DNA of 60,962 bases, counting the filler, from Circinaria calcarea (taxonomy: Eukaryota), in the NCBI GenBank assembly GCA_051942165.1. It is 15 parts of 15 records of this genome, joined end to end, with 100 filler letters (N's around TTAATTAATTAA, not from the genome) between each part and the next. Parts side by side here need not be neighbours in the genome. Positions count along the whole stretch, not along the records: positions 1 to 3,979 come from JAVECS010002520.1; positions 4,080 to 8,058 come from JAVECS010002521.1; positions 8,159 to 12,135 come from JAVECS010002522.1; positions 12,236 to 16,212 come from JAVECS010002523.1; 11 more parts are not named here. One strand, given 5' to 3'. The notes under the pieces were generated by a model. It was not told the DNA's origin, ran no database searches, and was given only the letters and a program-made list of their open reading frames with translations. A program made the translations under genes and the position numbers. Below, piece after piece: positions 1 through 12,779 of this stretch. Positions within the stretch are counted from its first letter, which is position 1; every line of letters starts with the position of its first letter.

Positions 1-195
1 ATATTAATAATTAAATATTAATAATAAATTTAATTAAAGCTATATAAAAGTAAATAAATATTAAGGCTGTATAAATATAAACGAGTTTTAATATTAAAAT
101 TAAACGACGTCTAGAATAGGTTTAGCTAGTTTTTTTATTAAATTTAATGAAAGGATTTAAGCCCTGCTTCTTTAAAACAGACTAGTAGGGAATAT
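1..195. repeat. AT/TpA-rich relic, probably the edge of a RIP-degraded repeat
   Basis: Abrupt very AT-rich, TpA-rich block at the contig end next to much more GC-rich genic DNA. Confidence 0.5.
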
Positions 196-799
196 TATGC
201 GCTACCATTCGGTGCTGTCAGGACTCTGTATAAGGTGTTTGACGGGAAGGAAAAAACCAGCTAATGTAAGGCATGCCTCGCCCAACGAGGCACAGCTTGC
301 TGGGGTAAAGGCGACTCCGTGTTGTAAGATTCGTCGAACACAGAGCAGCCATCCGAGCACCTATCCCCGATGTAACGTTACGCCAACAGTGGGCGAGATC
401 TACAGCCTATCATACTGCCCTATGGGAGATCGTTTGGCGTCATGTGCGCGGCTCCATGATACGACGCTTGCGCTAGAATAGTGAAAGAGCGTACCCCCAC
501 CCCCAATACCCACGAATTGTCTTCGGGAGCAGCTGTACTACCACGCATATTGAACTTGCCATGACGGCGGTTTTCTTTCCCCTGTTTTGGGAGATAGCTT
601 TCTTTTGACAAAGTTATTACTTTCGGGAAGCTGTCCCCATTCTGAAAGATGTGCGGGAGGCAACCTATGGTAGCCGAGGGACATATCATTCTATAATTTT
701 GCTATTCTCCGTCTTGCATCTCAGAGGTGCTCACCCTGCTCTCTTTATCCTCTTGAGGATTCGAACTGCGCCGATATCCTTCGAGGCTGGATTATAATC

Positions 800-2354
800 A
801 TGACATACGTCAACGAGAGGAGCGTTCTCGCCATCGGCATTCTATTCATCATCTTAGGTGTTTTGGTTGTCCTTGCTCGCTTCCATGTCAGACGCAAGAA
901 GGTTGGCTTTGGGCTTGACGACTGGCTATGCATACCGGCATTAGTACGACTTACTGTACTTACAATCTGAAAACCCATGTCTTACGTGACATAGGTACTT
1001 GTTGTTGCGGAATGTTCTATCATGATTATAGGTGGGTCCGACTTGTCCCCTTATTCTTACTTCGTACATGCCATAATTTGATTGTATGTGCTGCAGGATC
1101 CGCGACAAACACTGTGGGCTCCCATTCTCCTTCACATATTGGCGCCGGTGCGGTATTTTACAATGGGGCGGACCAGATTACACTCGAAGAAGTGAGTGCA
1201 AGACTTTCTGCATTCTCGGCGAAAATCCACCAACTGCATTTCACTGACAGGAATAATCCGTCTTAGCTCGAGTTCCCTTTCGACCTGATGCAAATTACGA
1301 CGCTCATGACCTTGAAACTTGTTATCCTATTTTTCTATCGGCGGATATTTCGTGGACGAGCGTTTAACATTGCAAGCTGGACGCTGATCGGAGTTGTAAT
1401 TGCGTGGGCTATTACCTTCTTCGTCGCGATCCTTGCGGCATGCCGTACGTCTATAAGAGCCAACTTCGAAACACTTGGAGTGCTCAAGGCCGAGTGTGTT
1501 AATACGTTTGTTGTTCTAATCTGCCTCGCGGTCTTTGATGTGATTGTCGACCTGGCAATAATAGTTCTACCGATGCCTATGGTATATAACTCCGGTGAGC
1601 CTTAGGTTGAAGTAGCTAACGGCGAGACATACAGATTTGGGCATTGCAAATGCCAGTAAAACAGAAAATAGCTGTGACGGGTACTTTTCTGGTTGGCGCT
1701 TTGTCTGTATACGCCTCTTGGAAATATCATCATCCGGATTAACGTTCTGCAGAGCTATCGCATGTGGCATAACACGTATGGCGATCTTTGCTGATGTTCT
1801 TGGCCCAGCGTGTATGCACTGTTACTCTCCTACTCTCGATCTATCGCGCTGACCTATCTCAGTATTCTCTCAGTCGGACGTAGCCGGAGTCGCCTCCGAT
1901 GATTCAATCGGTACATATTCTTTTCTGCCCTTCCCTCTCTTCATCTCCTTTCCCGCTCGACTCACCTCCCATAGGAATCATCAGCATCCTCATGTTCTGG
2001 GGTATGCTCGAAATGGGTGTTGCCATGATTGCCGTCTGCCTCCCCACCCTTCGGCCCCTTTTCCACGGCTGGTCGCCCGAAAGCATCATCCGCAGCTTCC
2101 GTTCCGCTCTCTCTCTGGGTTCGACTGGGTCGAGGAACAAGGGCTATCGCGCATCCGCGGCACATCCGCACGACAGAGCGGAGTCGGAAGCATCCCTCGC
2201 CGACGTCAAGTCCTTAGGGTACGCGAGTCCAGCAAATCAACATCACGCATATGCGATGGGGCCGGTGACGGTACGGCAGGGTGGGAATGAACACATGCCA
2301 CAAGGGGATATCTACGTGAATAACAAGCTCACCCAGACGGTGGAGGCCGTATAG
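800..2354 (+). CDS. PTH11-like (fungal rhodopsin-type) multi-pass membrane receptor, multi-exon, no CFEM domain seen
   Basis: MTYVNERS...VLARFHVRRKKVGFGLDDWLCIPAL; intron 944-994; later exons give TLKLVILFFYRRIF, DVIVDLAIIVLPMP, W-M...K, and WGMLEMGVAMIAVCLPTLRPLF, all family hallmarks. Stop TAG at 2352-2354. Confidence 0.88.
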
Positions 2355-3476
2355 GGGGAAATTTATCTGCCTCACCGTTTTCGGTAGAAAACGGCATTTG
2401 CGCGCAAGAAATCACAAAATGTATATACGTTATATATCCTGCTTGCACACTGAGCATCCTACTGGATCCGCCGCTACACAAGGCGGAAAGAGTGGGAGAA
2501 AAAGACGTTTGTTTCTAAAATGTAATTGATATAGCGTAGCAACCAGCAGCAGTACGCATTGTTTAATTATCAGTGCCGAGTCCTGCGCTGCACCGTTAGC
2601 GTCAGCCCTATATGGTACAGCGCCCTATAAGGCCAGTCGCAAGCCACACCCCCTTTTACCCCTAAACCTTAATTACCCTGGCTTAAAGTCCCTGTATACA
2701 CATCATGGCTTCACTTTTAACGCGTACTGCAACCATCTACACCACTTGTAGCGCCGGTGGCAATCTATTGCCTTATCTTACGCTGTCCTCCCTTTTCGAC
2801 ACCATAAGAATTGATCATTGTCATTCAGTCAGACGCCTGAATAAGCCCCTCCTTCACAACTCTTATAAACCCCCGAGTCCCGACTCTCTGCACCATCCCC
2901 TCGGACCCAGGCAAGTTTTTCCCCCTATTCTAACCAATAAAGAGAGACATGGCTGGGAGTTGATAGCCATTATCGGGGCCCAAGGAAGACGAGGGTTTGC
3001 GATTCGTTATATCTAAACTTCTAGGTGGATATCCTGACGTTGTGTCCTGATAAGGTTCCGGTGGTATGTAGCATATCTTTTGGCGGATTTTATGAAAGTA
3101 TTATTTTAGCTATGATCGCGATCATCCCGGCTTTTTATGGATCTCAATCCGAGTATCCCTTCAATATTCCTTGACCTTTCTTTCTTGGGATGGCTGATGC
3201 TATTCAGCTCTGTTGTTGTTATTATGATCTCGGCAGCGAATCAGCAAGTTCAAAAGCTACGCGTGCTAGATGATTTTAGGATTTTACTTGAGAGTCTTGT
3301 CGATAAGAATGGTGGATGCGCAGCCTGCAAAAATGGCTTTTTCTTAACGAGAAAGAAATCAAAGTTGCTCGTTGTCTGTTTATAGTTTTGAAATTCCATG
3401 GCTAGATTCGAAGGCACTCCTAAGCTTGATACCCTTTCCTTCCGGGCTGCTAGCTGACGCGACCTTTCATGATTCC

Positions 3477-3916
3477 TCAACTCGCACCTTGAATCGTGTT
3501 CATAGTTTCCGCCGCTTCTCGCGCAATCCTCCTCGTCTTCTCCTCCAGCTTCTCGTTGCTCCCCGCCTCCGTAAATCCCTGTCGCCACCTGGCCCAGGAC
3601 TCTCGACTAGGAGGCATGTCGAGCTCCGGAATCGAGAATCCGCTTTCGTATATTTCTCGGCCGGAAATCATGATCCACTGCGCGGCGGCCGGCACGAGGC
3701 CGTCGAGCGCCCGGGAATCGGATGATGTTGTTTCTCCCGTCTGGCTTTGCTGTGGCTGAGAAGTGCTTTCCAGAGGGTCACGCATCGTGTAGAAGCCGAA
3801 GCGTAGGAACGATTCGTCTGGTAAGCGGACTAGGAGGCGTGTGGCCCAGGCGTTGATGTTTATCCACTCGGTGCGGTATTCGGATTGGTAGGTGTTTGAG
3901 GTATCTGGGTCGGAAT
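3477..3916 (-). CDS. DUF3632-like fungal protein, last exon (5' part outside the contig)
   Basis: EWININAWATRLL...FGFYTMRDPLE...LVPAAAQWIMISGREIY...WARWRQGF; preceded by branch point CTGAT and acceptor TAG (~3917). Confidence 0.65.
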
Positions 3917-3979
3917 CTAGAAGGGGACGCGATCAGTACCGGCTAAAAAGCGAGGGAGGGGAGAAAGGGGGCAGAGGGA

Positions 3980-4079
3980 NNNNNNNNNNNNNNNNNNNNN
4001 NNNNNNNNNNNNNNNNNNNNNNNTTAATTAATTAANNNNNNNNNNNNNNNNNNNNNNNNNNNNNNNNNNNNNNNNNNNN
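3980..4079. other. Artificial contig spacer (N44-TTAATTAATTAA-N44), first of 14
   Basis: Identical 100-nt spacers with stops in all six frames separate contigs 1-3979, 4080-8058, 8159-12135, 12236-16212, 16313-20287, 20388-24361, 24462-28434, 28535-32506, 32607-36577, 36678-40645, 40746-44713, 44814-48778, 48879-52840, 52941-56901 and 57002-60962. Lengths never increase, going from 3979 to 3961. Confidence 0.98.
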
Positions 4080-5887
4080 CCATTACAGCGGTAATACCAA
4101 GCGTATCGGCCGTCTGCTCGGGATCCTCGACTTGTGAATACTTCACCTCGTTCTTTTGCATAACTTCATGCATTTTCTCCCCAACATCCCTGAGGATATC
4201 ATCTAAGAACTTGACGGTGCCTTTCCTAGTACTCATGCCAAGCACCATACCAAAATTAATATGCTGACACTTGTCCGAGATTTCGTTGTGGCCCATCAAC
4301 TCCAAGATTTTGAAGAGCTGCGCAAGATGCAGGTCCTGCTGCGACGCAACAACATAGATCATCTTATCGAAACGGTAAAGTTCGTACCGCTTGACCGCTT
4401 CTCCGATATCTCTGGTGAGATACAGAGATGATCCATCTCTCTTCTGCACTAAGGCTTTGCCTAGTTTCTTAGTTTTTGGGTCCTTGGTGAGGTCGACGAC
4501 CACTGCGCCCTGAGAGTCTTCCGAGACACCAGTGTCCTTTAGTCTCTTTGCGGCATCATCCATCCTAGACTTTTCCACCTGAGATTCTCCAGAGTAATAA
4601 TCGTAATGGATGTTCAACCTAGCATATGTTTTCTTGTACTTGTCGATACTCAAGTCCCTGAATCGTTTCCATATGGCGCGAGCTTCGCTATCACCATTCT
4701 CAAGTCTTGTGAAAAATTGCCTGGCCTTCTCATTGGCGCTTTTAGCCTCTAATGCTGCAATCTCATTCTCTAATGCTGTCGTATCCGACTTGTTCGCCTG
4801 AGCCTGCTTTAACTCCTCTGCCTTGTCCTTAATCTCATCCTCCTCCGGCTTTGATACTTTGTTGATTTCAACATATATGTCATACAAATGTCCTATCGGA
4901 TCTTTTTCCAATTTCTCTTCGCTACCATAGATCTCAAAGGCATTAGCTAGCAAACCAAATTGCCTTCCCCAGTCCCCAAGATAATTCATTCGAATCACTT
5001 CCCACCCTGCGGCTTCGTGCAGATTTGAAAGGAACCCCCCAATAATTGTACTTCGTAGATGGCCTGCATGAAATGGCTTTGCGATATTCGGAGAAGAGAA
5101 TTCGATAATCATCCGCTTCCTCCCCTTTGATGGGTCGGAAGGGACTTTAAGTCCAATCCATGCATTTGTCCCATACATCTCCTTTTCCTTTAATATCGAA
5201 GGAATAACTACCTGGGTGAGACGGTCGGGTTTGAAGAAGAATTGAAGGAAGGTGCCAGCCACCGTGGGTTCCTCAACCAGATCGGAATCCGGAAACTATG
5301 AATCCACAGGTTATTTAGCCAAACCAGAAAACACCCTCCCCCCCTCTCCCTTCTAAATCCACAGGACACTTGCATACCTTCTCCACCCATTCAGCAGCTA
5401 GCTCATTGGGTTTCTTGCCCTTGATCCGCAACGCCGGGACGGGTAGCATGAGATCCCCCTTATCTTGCGTCTGCGTCCACTGGATCTTGGACGAGATCTC
5501 CGTAGCGGCCACCCCGACAATCGGTGCCAGAGCCTCTGCGATATGCTTCCGATAGATGTCAACCGGGTTCACGGCATCCAAAGACGCCTTGACCCTCCTA
5601 GTATCATCCGAGGGGTTTTCCATCCCCCCAGAAGCTTGCTGCGTAGTGCCGTCCGTCTGAGGGGTAGTTTTAGATGTTGCAACATCCGGTGTCTGCGTGA
5701 CTGTTGGGTCCTCCATTCTCCAGGTGCCGCTGTACAGTTGTCGATGTAAGCCCGATGGATTACGGAGGTTCCGTGCCTGAGGCTGATAGAGACGCCGTGG
5801 AGGAGGAGGATTTGTGCCTGTGATAAATGTTCTGAGGGGCCTGGACGACGCTGAGAGGAGCCGTGACAACGGTTTGCAAGATTTCAT
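4080..5887 (-). CDS. Arginyl-tRNA synthetase (class I), 3' truncated by the contig end; intron 5296-5377
   Basis: IEFSSPNIAKPFHAGHLRSTIIG (HIGH motif), MNYLGDWGRQFG, YVVASQQDLH and GMSTRKG; R/S/L-rich N-terminal extension. Confidence 0.97.
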
Positions 5888-6380
5888 CAAAAACGTGACG
5901 AATAATCAGGGACACGTACTTTTTAAACTCACAGGGTTCAAAGATTCAACCTAGGCTACCTAAGCGCGTTTTAGCGCGCCGTTCCCGAGAGCCGCATTAT
6001 GGTAAGGCAAGGAAAGGTCGACGGCTTTTGATAGTCAGCCCAACCCAGACAATTCCTGGTTATGGGTAATTTGTCTTAGAGTACTATTTATTGTACAGGG
6101 TTGAAGCTATGTACTTTTCGTCTAATAGAAATACAGTTAACGCAAAAAATCGGTCATGACAGTGCTATGTAGTAAAGTCGAAGAACAGTCTCAAATGCGA
6201 CACAACACTCAGCAATGTAGCAAAACGCCATATCCCTATGCTCTAAACACGCTCTTATTGACTGTCCTCACCAACCTTGTTTTCTAGTGCAAAATCCTGA
6301 GCTTCATAATCCATAGCTTTATTTAAAAAGACAATAAGAAAAGGGCCGCATTAATACAGGAGCGGTCGTATCGAATGGGA

Positions 6381-8058
6381 TCACCATGTTTCCTGGCATA
6401 TATTAGTCCAGACTGCTGCAAGCCGGCTGGCTTGTGACTCACGGCAATGTATTGTCCACCCTCTTTCTTTTGCGTCCAGAAAGCCTCGGCCTCTTCCTTG
6501 TTTAGATTCCCCTTGTCCATTGCTACATCGATCAGGGCAGCCTCCACTCCTTCGCCCATGCCTTTACTACTTCCACATACAAACACTCTACCATCCAAAG
6601 CATTAATTATGAACCACACCAGGTCAGCCTGAAGCCTGACTTCTTCCTGTACATATCTTCCTTCGCCTCGGCGACTTTGGACCACTTTCTTGACTTTGTC
6701 CTCCTCAACACCCCATTCCCCACTGTAGAGCTCGTCAAGTAGAGAATCTCGTACGCCTTGCAGTACCCAGACCTTGTTGGCGCAATTGGCAGATTTTAAC
6801 CGTCGATGTATGAAGCCACGGAACGGCGCGACACCCACACCTGCACCGATGAGGAGCATTGGCCCGTCAGAAACAAACTCGCGCGCCAGGGGATTCGCCA
6901 TCAGGCCTCGGAACATCGGAACGCGTAGATCAAGATCTGCAGGATTGACTCCAGTTTCTTCTGCCTCGATCAACTTCCGGGCGAGCCGCTCAAAATAGCC
7001 GGATCCAACACCTGTCCTGGGTCCACCTCGCCAATTGGGTGTCTCGTGCACTGTAACGGCAATCTCTACCAGGCGACGGCGGTTAGAATCATCTCGGATG
7101 CTGGAAACCTGCGGGTCCTGAGACAGGGAGTAGAAACGAGGCATGAGAGTGTTGAGTACCGAAAGCAAGTGTGAAAGAGGAGGTCTCGAAGACGGGAAAG
7201 CATTGAGGAGTTGAGCGATGGTTACGTGGGGCCCGGTCCGCAAATCGCAGAAAGACCCTTGCCCTTGAGCCGAAGTAAGGTAGAGTAGTATTTTCTTCTC
7301 ATTTGGTGCTTCGGCGTACTCGCCAAGAAGTCTCAGTAGAGGCTTTGTTGGGGGGTAGGATTGGAGGTCCGAACACCATGTAAGAAGCTCTCGCCGCGTT
7401 GTGATAAGTTCTCGGGCCATTTCGTCGCCCCAAATCGTCGGCCATCTTCCGTTCGTAGTACGAAGCACGACCTGCTTGTCTCGTACAAAGTTTGGTACGT
7501 TCAAGGTGTCAAAAACATCATTAACTAGGTCGTCTGAGTTTGGAGCGCAAACGCCGATGGCTCCACCAACAACAAAATCAACATCGCCGCTTTCCTCGGG
7601 GTAGTCGGTGATATCTATGTCAAAGTGATAGGTTCGTTTCTCAGCTCCCGGCTTTGTCAATGCTCTCGCATGATAAATTTTGGCTGAATGTACAGCGTAT
7701 GGGGGATGAGGCGTTACGAATTCAGGAGGGTGCGTCTGAGCAGATTTTGGTCCTGTTGCCTTCGCAGGTATGTTTTCGAACGAAACAGTTTCCTCTGGGA
7801 GGTCCACAATTTTGCTCAGCTCTGTATCCATGGAAAGTGGGGCCAGACGAAGATGCAAACTACGAAACGCGTCGTTGTCGGGTAATGGAAGAGGTGCAGC
7901 GTCCTTTGTGGTAGGGTCTGGCTGGGGGGCATTCATAAAACAACATCCTCCTCCGCAGCATACTCTCTCAATCAAATTTGTGCCCCCTTCCCCAAGGATC
8001 CGTTGAACATCCTCTGGGCTCTTCGAAATCAACACAGTGGACGCTCGGCGTATTCGAG
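6381..8058 (-). CDS. FAD/NADPH-binding FNR-family reductase (methionine-synthase-reductase / P450-reductase-like), 5' truncated
   Basis: PRFYSLS, LIGAGVGVAPFRGF, YVQE and VFVCGS motifs. Final intron 6393-6442 (GTGAGT...CTAAT...CAG) gives C-terminus ...QYIAETW*, the terminal aromatic residue typical of the family. Confidence 0.85.
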
Positions 8059-9409
8059 NNNNNNNNNNNNNNNNNNNNNNNNNNNNNNNNNNNNNNNNNN
8101 NNTTAATTAATTAANNNNNNNNNNNNNNNNNNNNNNNNNNNNNNNNNNNNNNNNNNNNGGGGGAGGGGTGGCGAAAGAGGGCTCGCCCGGACGGAATATA
8201 GTCGGGGGTAACATGAGGAGTAGGGAGGGGGATTGCGGGCTTAATTTGGGGAGGCGATGTAGCGATTTGGGATTGCAGCCCAGGCTCCGAATACAATCCG
8301 CTTCGAGATGTTTGTCTTAGTGCGGCTGGATATAGACGATGCGGTTCTCTGGGGGACTTGATCAGTCTCTTACCAACCAGCATATCGCTCTCGTCCTCGG
8401 CCTTCTCCGTTTCATTGTGTGCTGGAGCCTCTGGGCTAGGGCCATGTATTCGAAGCTCCACTAACCGAGCAGGGCTTTCTCTAGTGAGTGCAATGGTTCT
8501 AGTGAGTACTTCGCCGCAAAGGAACCCTATGACGGTTGAAGGCGTGATGTGATATACAGGGTATATGAGGGGTAAGTGGTCATAATTGCAAGTGAGAAGG
8601 AAGGGAAAGAGTTAGGGGGACGTAGGATAGACCCTGAGAGGCTGAAGGTGTGAAGGGATGGAAGCTAGAAGGACAATGATGATGGATTTCTGCACGACGA
8701 GAAAGTCGAAGAAGGGGTGGAGGAGTAGAAATGGAGGCGTGGACATGATCAAGGTCGAGACGAATGAAATATGAAACGATGGACCACAGATCGGGGGAAC
8801 GACCTAACCTTATAAGGTAAGGTCATGGTGAACCAATCTTTACAACGTAGTAAGCGTTGATAGTGAGGCCTTGCTGCCCCTCCAATGATAAATCGCAACA
8901 CCCACGCACATAGGCAAATAATGCACGTACAGCTCATACGTGTTCCTGTGCTAGCTGCAATGCGTTATACTTTGGTAGAGAGAGGTACCTTAGTGGCAGA
9001 TTACCCTTCCCACCCACCTGCACCGATGCAACTCCAATACAATCCACCCCATTTACTGTTGTAACACACGGTTTCCTTCCATGGACTTATCCGCTGCCCG
9101 TCACCCGCCCCCAAATACCCCCGGCCTTTCATTAAGTGGTGTCATGCATGTCACCTCGCACGGTCATTTTCTCAAAGGTTTTGATACTGAGTGATTTACT
9201 TACTGGCTTGCTCACTCGCTAACGTTTTGGAGCTCGGGAAGCAACAAGATCTATTCACCCTCACCCCCTAATAGATATAGCTTTCGGGCCCTGGTTTATT
9301 CCCATTCCTTCTTGATGCGCGTATAAGTCTTTCGTTTTCCACAGCGTTCCCGTGACGTTATAAATTACGCGCCTTCTGTATTTTCATCTAAGCTAGATGA
9401 CTCGAGACA

Positions 9410-10743
9410 ATGTCAAGCAGGAGTCCTGAACAAATTAACCCTGGTCCGTTGATATTAGTCCCGAAGCCGACCTTTATTGTATGTTGAAGTTCGAACCTTG
9501 TTGATCCCATGGCAAAGATATTATTGCTTTGGCCAATGGCTAACACTCCAACAAGGCCATTGTGTGGACCTGTGTAGGCGTTTCGTTCTGCTTCATCCTC
9601 TTTAGGCTATACGTCCGCCTCCGTGTTTTCCACCGAATTTTCGACGATGATCTCTTCGTTCTCCTGGCATGGCTGATATTGCTCACGTGTACTATCCTTT
9701 GGCATGTGCGGCGAACACTCGATATGGTCTATCTGTCCTTCTATGTGGGATCTGGAGCGGAAACGCCTCCCCCATATTACATCAAGCAGTTGACAAACTG
9801 GCTTCGTATTATATTTGCTGAGCTATCCCTGAACATGGTCGGCCTATGGTGTATTAAATTTTCATTTTTGGCCTTCTTTCATAGACTCGGTTATAAGGTC
9901 CAAGGACAAAAGATCCTATGGTGGGTTGTCACGATACTTACAATCGCGGCCCTGGGGATCTCTGTAGGGGTTTCCTACTTCCCGTGCATATTCGCAACCT
10001 TCGAATTCGTAACAAGTAAGTAAACTATCGTCTCCCGTCGAATGGAGGTTAATCCGACTCAGCATTCTGCCCTACACCTGAAGGCGGAGATGCAATCGCT
10101 AGGTCATATCGCATCCAATTCGGTTGCGATTTTGCAACCGACTTCCTCAGTAACGTCCATGATCGCTTACACATGAGCGTTCAAAAGCTGACAGGTTGCA
10201 GTTCTGCTTATTCCTGTCAAGCTCCTTTGGAAAGTGCGAATTAGTTTGCGCCAGAAACTTGGCCTCTTCGCCATATTCTTTCTTACGGCTATCACTATGG
10301 TCTTCTCCCTTGTACGGGTTGTTGTGGGCCTAAGAGCTGCTCGAGAAAACAACGTCTGGTTTTTCTTCTGCGCCACTATTGAGTTGACGATTGGTAAACA
10401 TCACCGGGTATATCCCACCTCGAAAATCTTCAATAATTTAATCCTATCTCTAGCAATACTGATCGCTTGTCTTGTCTCCTACCGCGCCTTGTTCGTGCAG
10501 GAATTTAAGTCTAATTTTCGAAATTACAACACATATGCTACCACAAGTCGCTTTCGCAATAAGATGACCGATCGAAGTAACCCCTATACCGGAGTCGCCG
10601 ATAGTACTACCAGCGCCGGGAGAGACGGATCAGGAAGTCGGAGCTCGACAGTCCAAGGTAGGGTCGAGGTTGTGCCCTTGGACGTGATTCGTGTCCAGAA
10701 CGAGTTCACGATTCACTCCCCCCCCTTAAACAAAGGTGGATGA
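9410..10743 (+). CDS. Second PTH11-like multi-pass membrane protein, multi-exon
   Basis: FRLYVRLRVFHRIFDDDLFVLLAW, LWCIKFSFLAFFHRLG, IPVKLLWKVRISLRQKLGL, IELTIAILIACLVSYRALF; GT-AG introns starting at 9479 and later. Confidence 0.85.
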
Positions 10744-11212
10744 GAAGCTAGAATAATGTTTTAGATAACCAGAGAAACTTGTAGACTTAGCGACGTTAGC
10801 TTTGAAGATGAAGAACTTCTAAATGGGTAGGGTACTTTTGCTCTGCCTTCTTCTCATTAATGTGAGAATTTATAATCGCCATATATACAACCTGATCAAT
10901 CTGATAGACGTGGAGAGACAAAAGGACGAGATCTCAAACGCGACTGCTGCCAAGAAGTTCCTCCAGCAAGTAGGCTATAGGCTTTCTCATTGTCGGATGC
11001 AATATATGCCATAATTCCTGAATGGGCAGGATGCCTCACAGACCCCCAGGCTCACGGGGCCAGAAATACACGAAATATTACTTCCCGTCTTTCCGATCTA
11101 CTCAATCCCCCACCCCGTATATCTTTGCTTGTTGCTATCTTTCCCGAATAACTTTACCTCCTCTCTGCCAATCCTCCTGGATGTAAATCCCCTACCAAGT
11201 TCCACACGCACA

Positions 11213-11862
11213 ATGATACACACCTCTGTTGAAATAGCGGCAGCCCCAGAGCGAGTCAGGCAGATAGTAAACCCCCCCCACTTTCTCCATCACCATCATC
11301 ATCTCCATCTCCCCCTAACGCCGTCTCGCCCCCCCTTAGTTACTCGACTTCTCCGCGCTGCCGACCTGGCAGCACTCCGGCTTCATAATCTCCATCGCAG
11401 CCACCGATGCCTCGAAACCGCTCGAAAAGGACGCCACCATCTTCGGAGTCATGGGCGGCGTGAACTTTACCGCCGTCATCCTCGTTTGTGCTCCCCCAAG
11501 AAACCGTCCTGCTTCCTGCTTCCTGCTTCCTTGCTCCTCTCCGCATCGTTTTATGACTGACCAAAGCACCGCGGCCGGCCCCCGTTTCGTTTCGTTTTCA
11601 GGAATCCTCCCCGAGCACCTTCTCGTGGACGGGCCCGCCCCTCTACCACCTCTTCGGCGGTGTGCACACGTTCCGCTTCGAGGCGTCCGCGCACACGCCG
11701 GGCGGGACCACATTCACGCAGGAGAAAAGCTTCACCGGAGTGATGGCGTGGATGTTTGCGCCGTGGATGCCGTTGGGGAAAATCACAAAGGGGAAGTTTG
11801 AGGGCTTCAATGAGGATTTGAAACACGCGGCGGAGGGGACAAAGGGCGGGGAAGAAGAATGA
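11213..11862 (+). CDS. SRPBCC (polyketide cyclase/dehydrase-lipid transport) family protein, 2 introns
   Basis: Spliced product MIHTSVEIAAAPERVRQILLDFSALPTW...FSWTGP...GVHTFRFE...TTFTQEKSFTG...FEGFNEDLK. Confidence 0.8.
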
Positions 11863-11959
11863 AGGGGGATGTGAGGGATTGGGAATTGGCTACGAGGCAA
11901 GGCTTACCAGTGCGGACCTACATGTACTGTATCTGGGTGAGGGGAGGGAGCAAGAGTGT

Positions 11960-12135
11960 TTTTAAATAAGCGGAGTAGGGTTTTTTCTAATCGGACCCGC
12001 TATAGTAGTAGCTGCAATAATCGATACTAATTCAATTCTCTACCCTTATTAATCCCGTATATATAATATCTGTTATTAGTAAGCAGCCTGATAAACGATA
12101 AATAATATAATAATTATTAAAATCACGTTAAATAA
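11960..12135. repeat. AT/TpA-rich RIP-like relic at the contig end
   Basis: Sharp compositional shift to TpA-rich sequence. Confidence 0.4.
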
Positions 12136-12779
12136 NNNNNNNNNNNNNNNNNNNNNNNNNNNNNNNNNNNNNNNNNNNNTTAATTAATTAANNNNNNNNN
12201 NNNNNNNNNNNNNNNNNNNNNNNNNNNNNNNNNNNGGGAATGGTAGGGTAGGGAAGGGAAGGGTAGGTGGTTTTCTTAGGTCTCCCCTCAGGGTAGTTTG
12301 ACTGATCGCGTTCAGTTGTGGGGGGGGAGGAGGAAGGGTAAATCACACATTGCTTGGACGGATCCTCGACGGTTTAACTCCGGGGCTAAAAAATTTTTGG
12401 GGGGAGTCCAATCACACAGCAACTGAGGGTTTTGTCTGGTCGAGGGAAGATATATATATCATGTATAGAAAGAAATGGGTAGCGTAACAGATTAAAAATT
12501 TAAATATCTTTCTTCGATAATGTTTGTTTGTATTCGACAAGCGTTCGCCATGCCGTCCTTCCTCGTTAAATTCCATTCGCCAAAAAGATAAAAAGACAAC
12601 GGTTCCCAGAAATCTGTGAGAAGGTTCTCTCCGGGCTGCTGTAGTTGTAATGCCTAGCCTTTCACCGGTGTCGTGCTAGGTAGGAGATGCCGCAATAGCA
12701 AATTTTGAGGACATATGGTCGAAAGAATTCGATAGACTGTTCCCTTTATCCTCCGAACCAGATCAGGACCGGACCACTT

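Noticed and set aside
2700..3340. Possible RIP-degraded Tc1/mariner transposase N-terminus on the minus strand (RDTRIEIH...)
   Set aside because: Only a faint resemblance, with many stops and no TIR pair or DDE motif found.
4024..4035. Regularly spaced TTAATTAATTAA palindrome every ~4.07 kb as a biological repeat or CRISPR-like array
   Set aside because: Always embedded in 44+44 Ns; it is a six-frame stop linker added during assembly.
8159..8600. Minus-strand ORF 8111-8461 as the missing N-terminus of the reductase in contig 2
   Set aside because: Different contig, no convincing start or motif; it looks like UTR or promoter sequence.
5887..11862. Reductase, PTH11-like and SRPBCC genes as a secondary-metabolite cluster
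   Set aside because: They span a spacer between unlinked contigs and no backbone enzyme is present.
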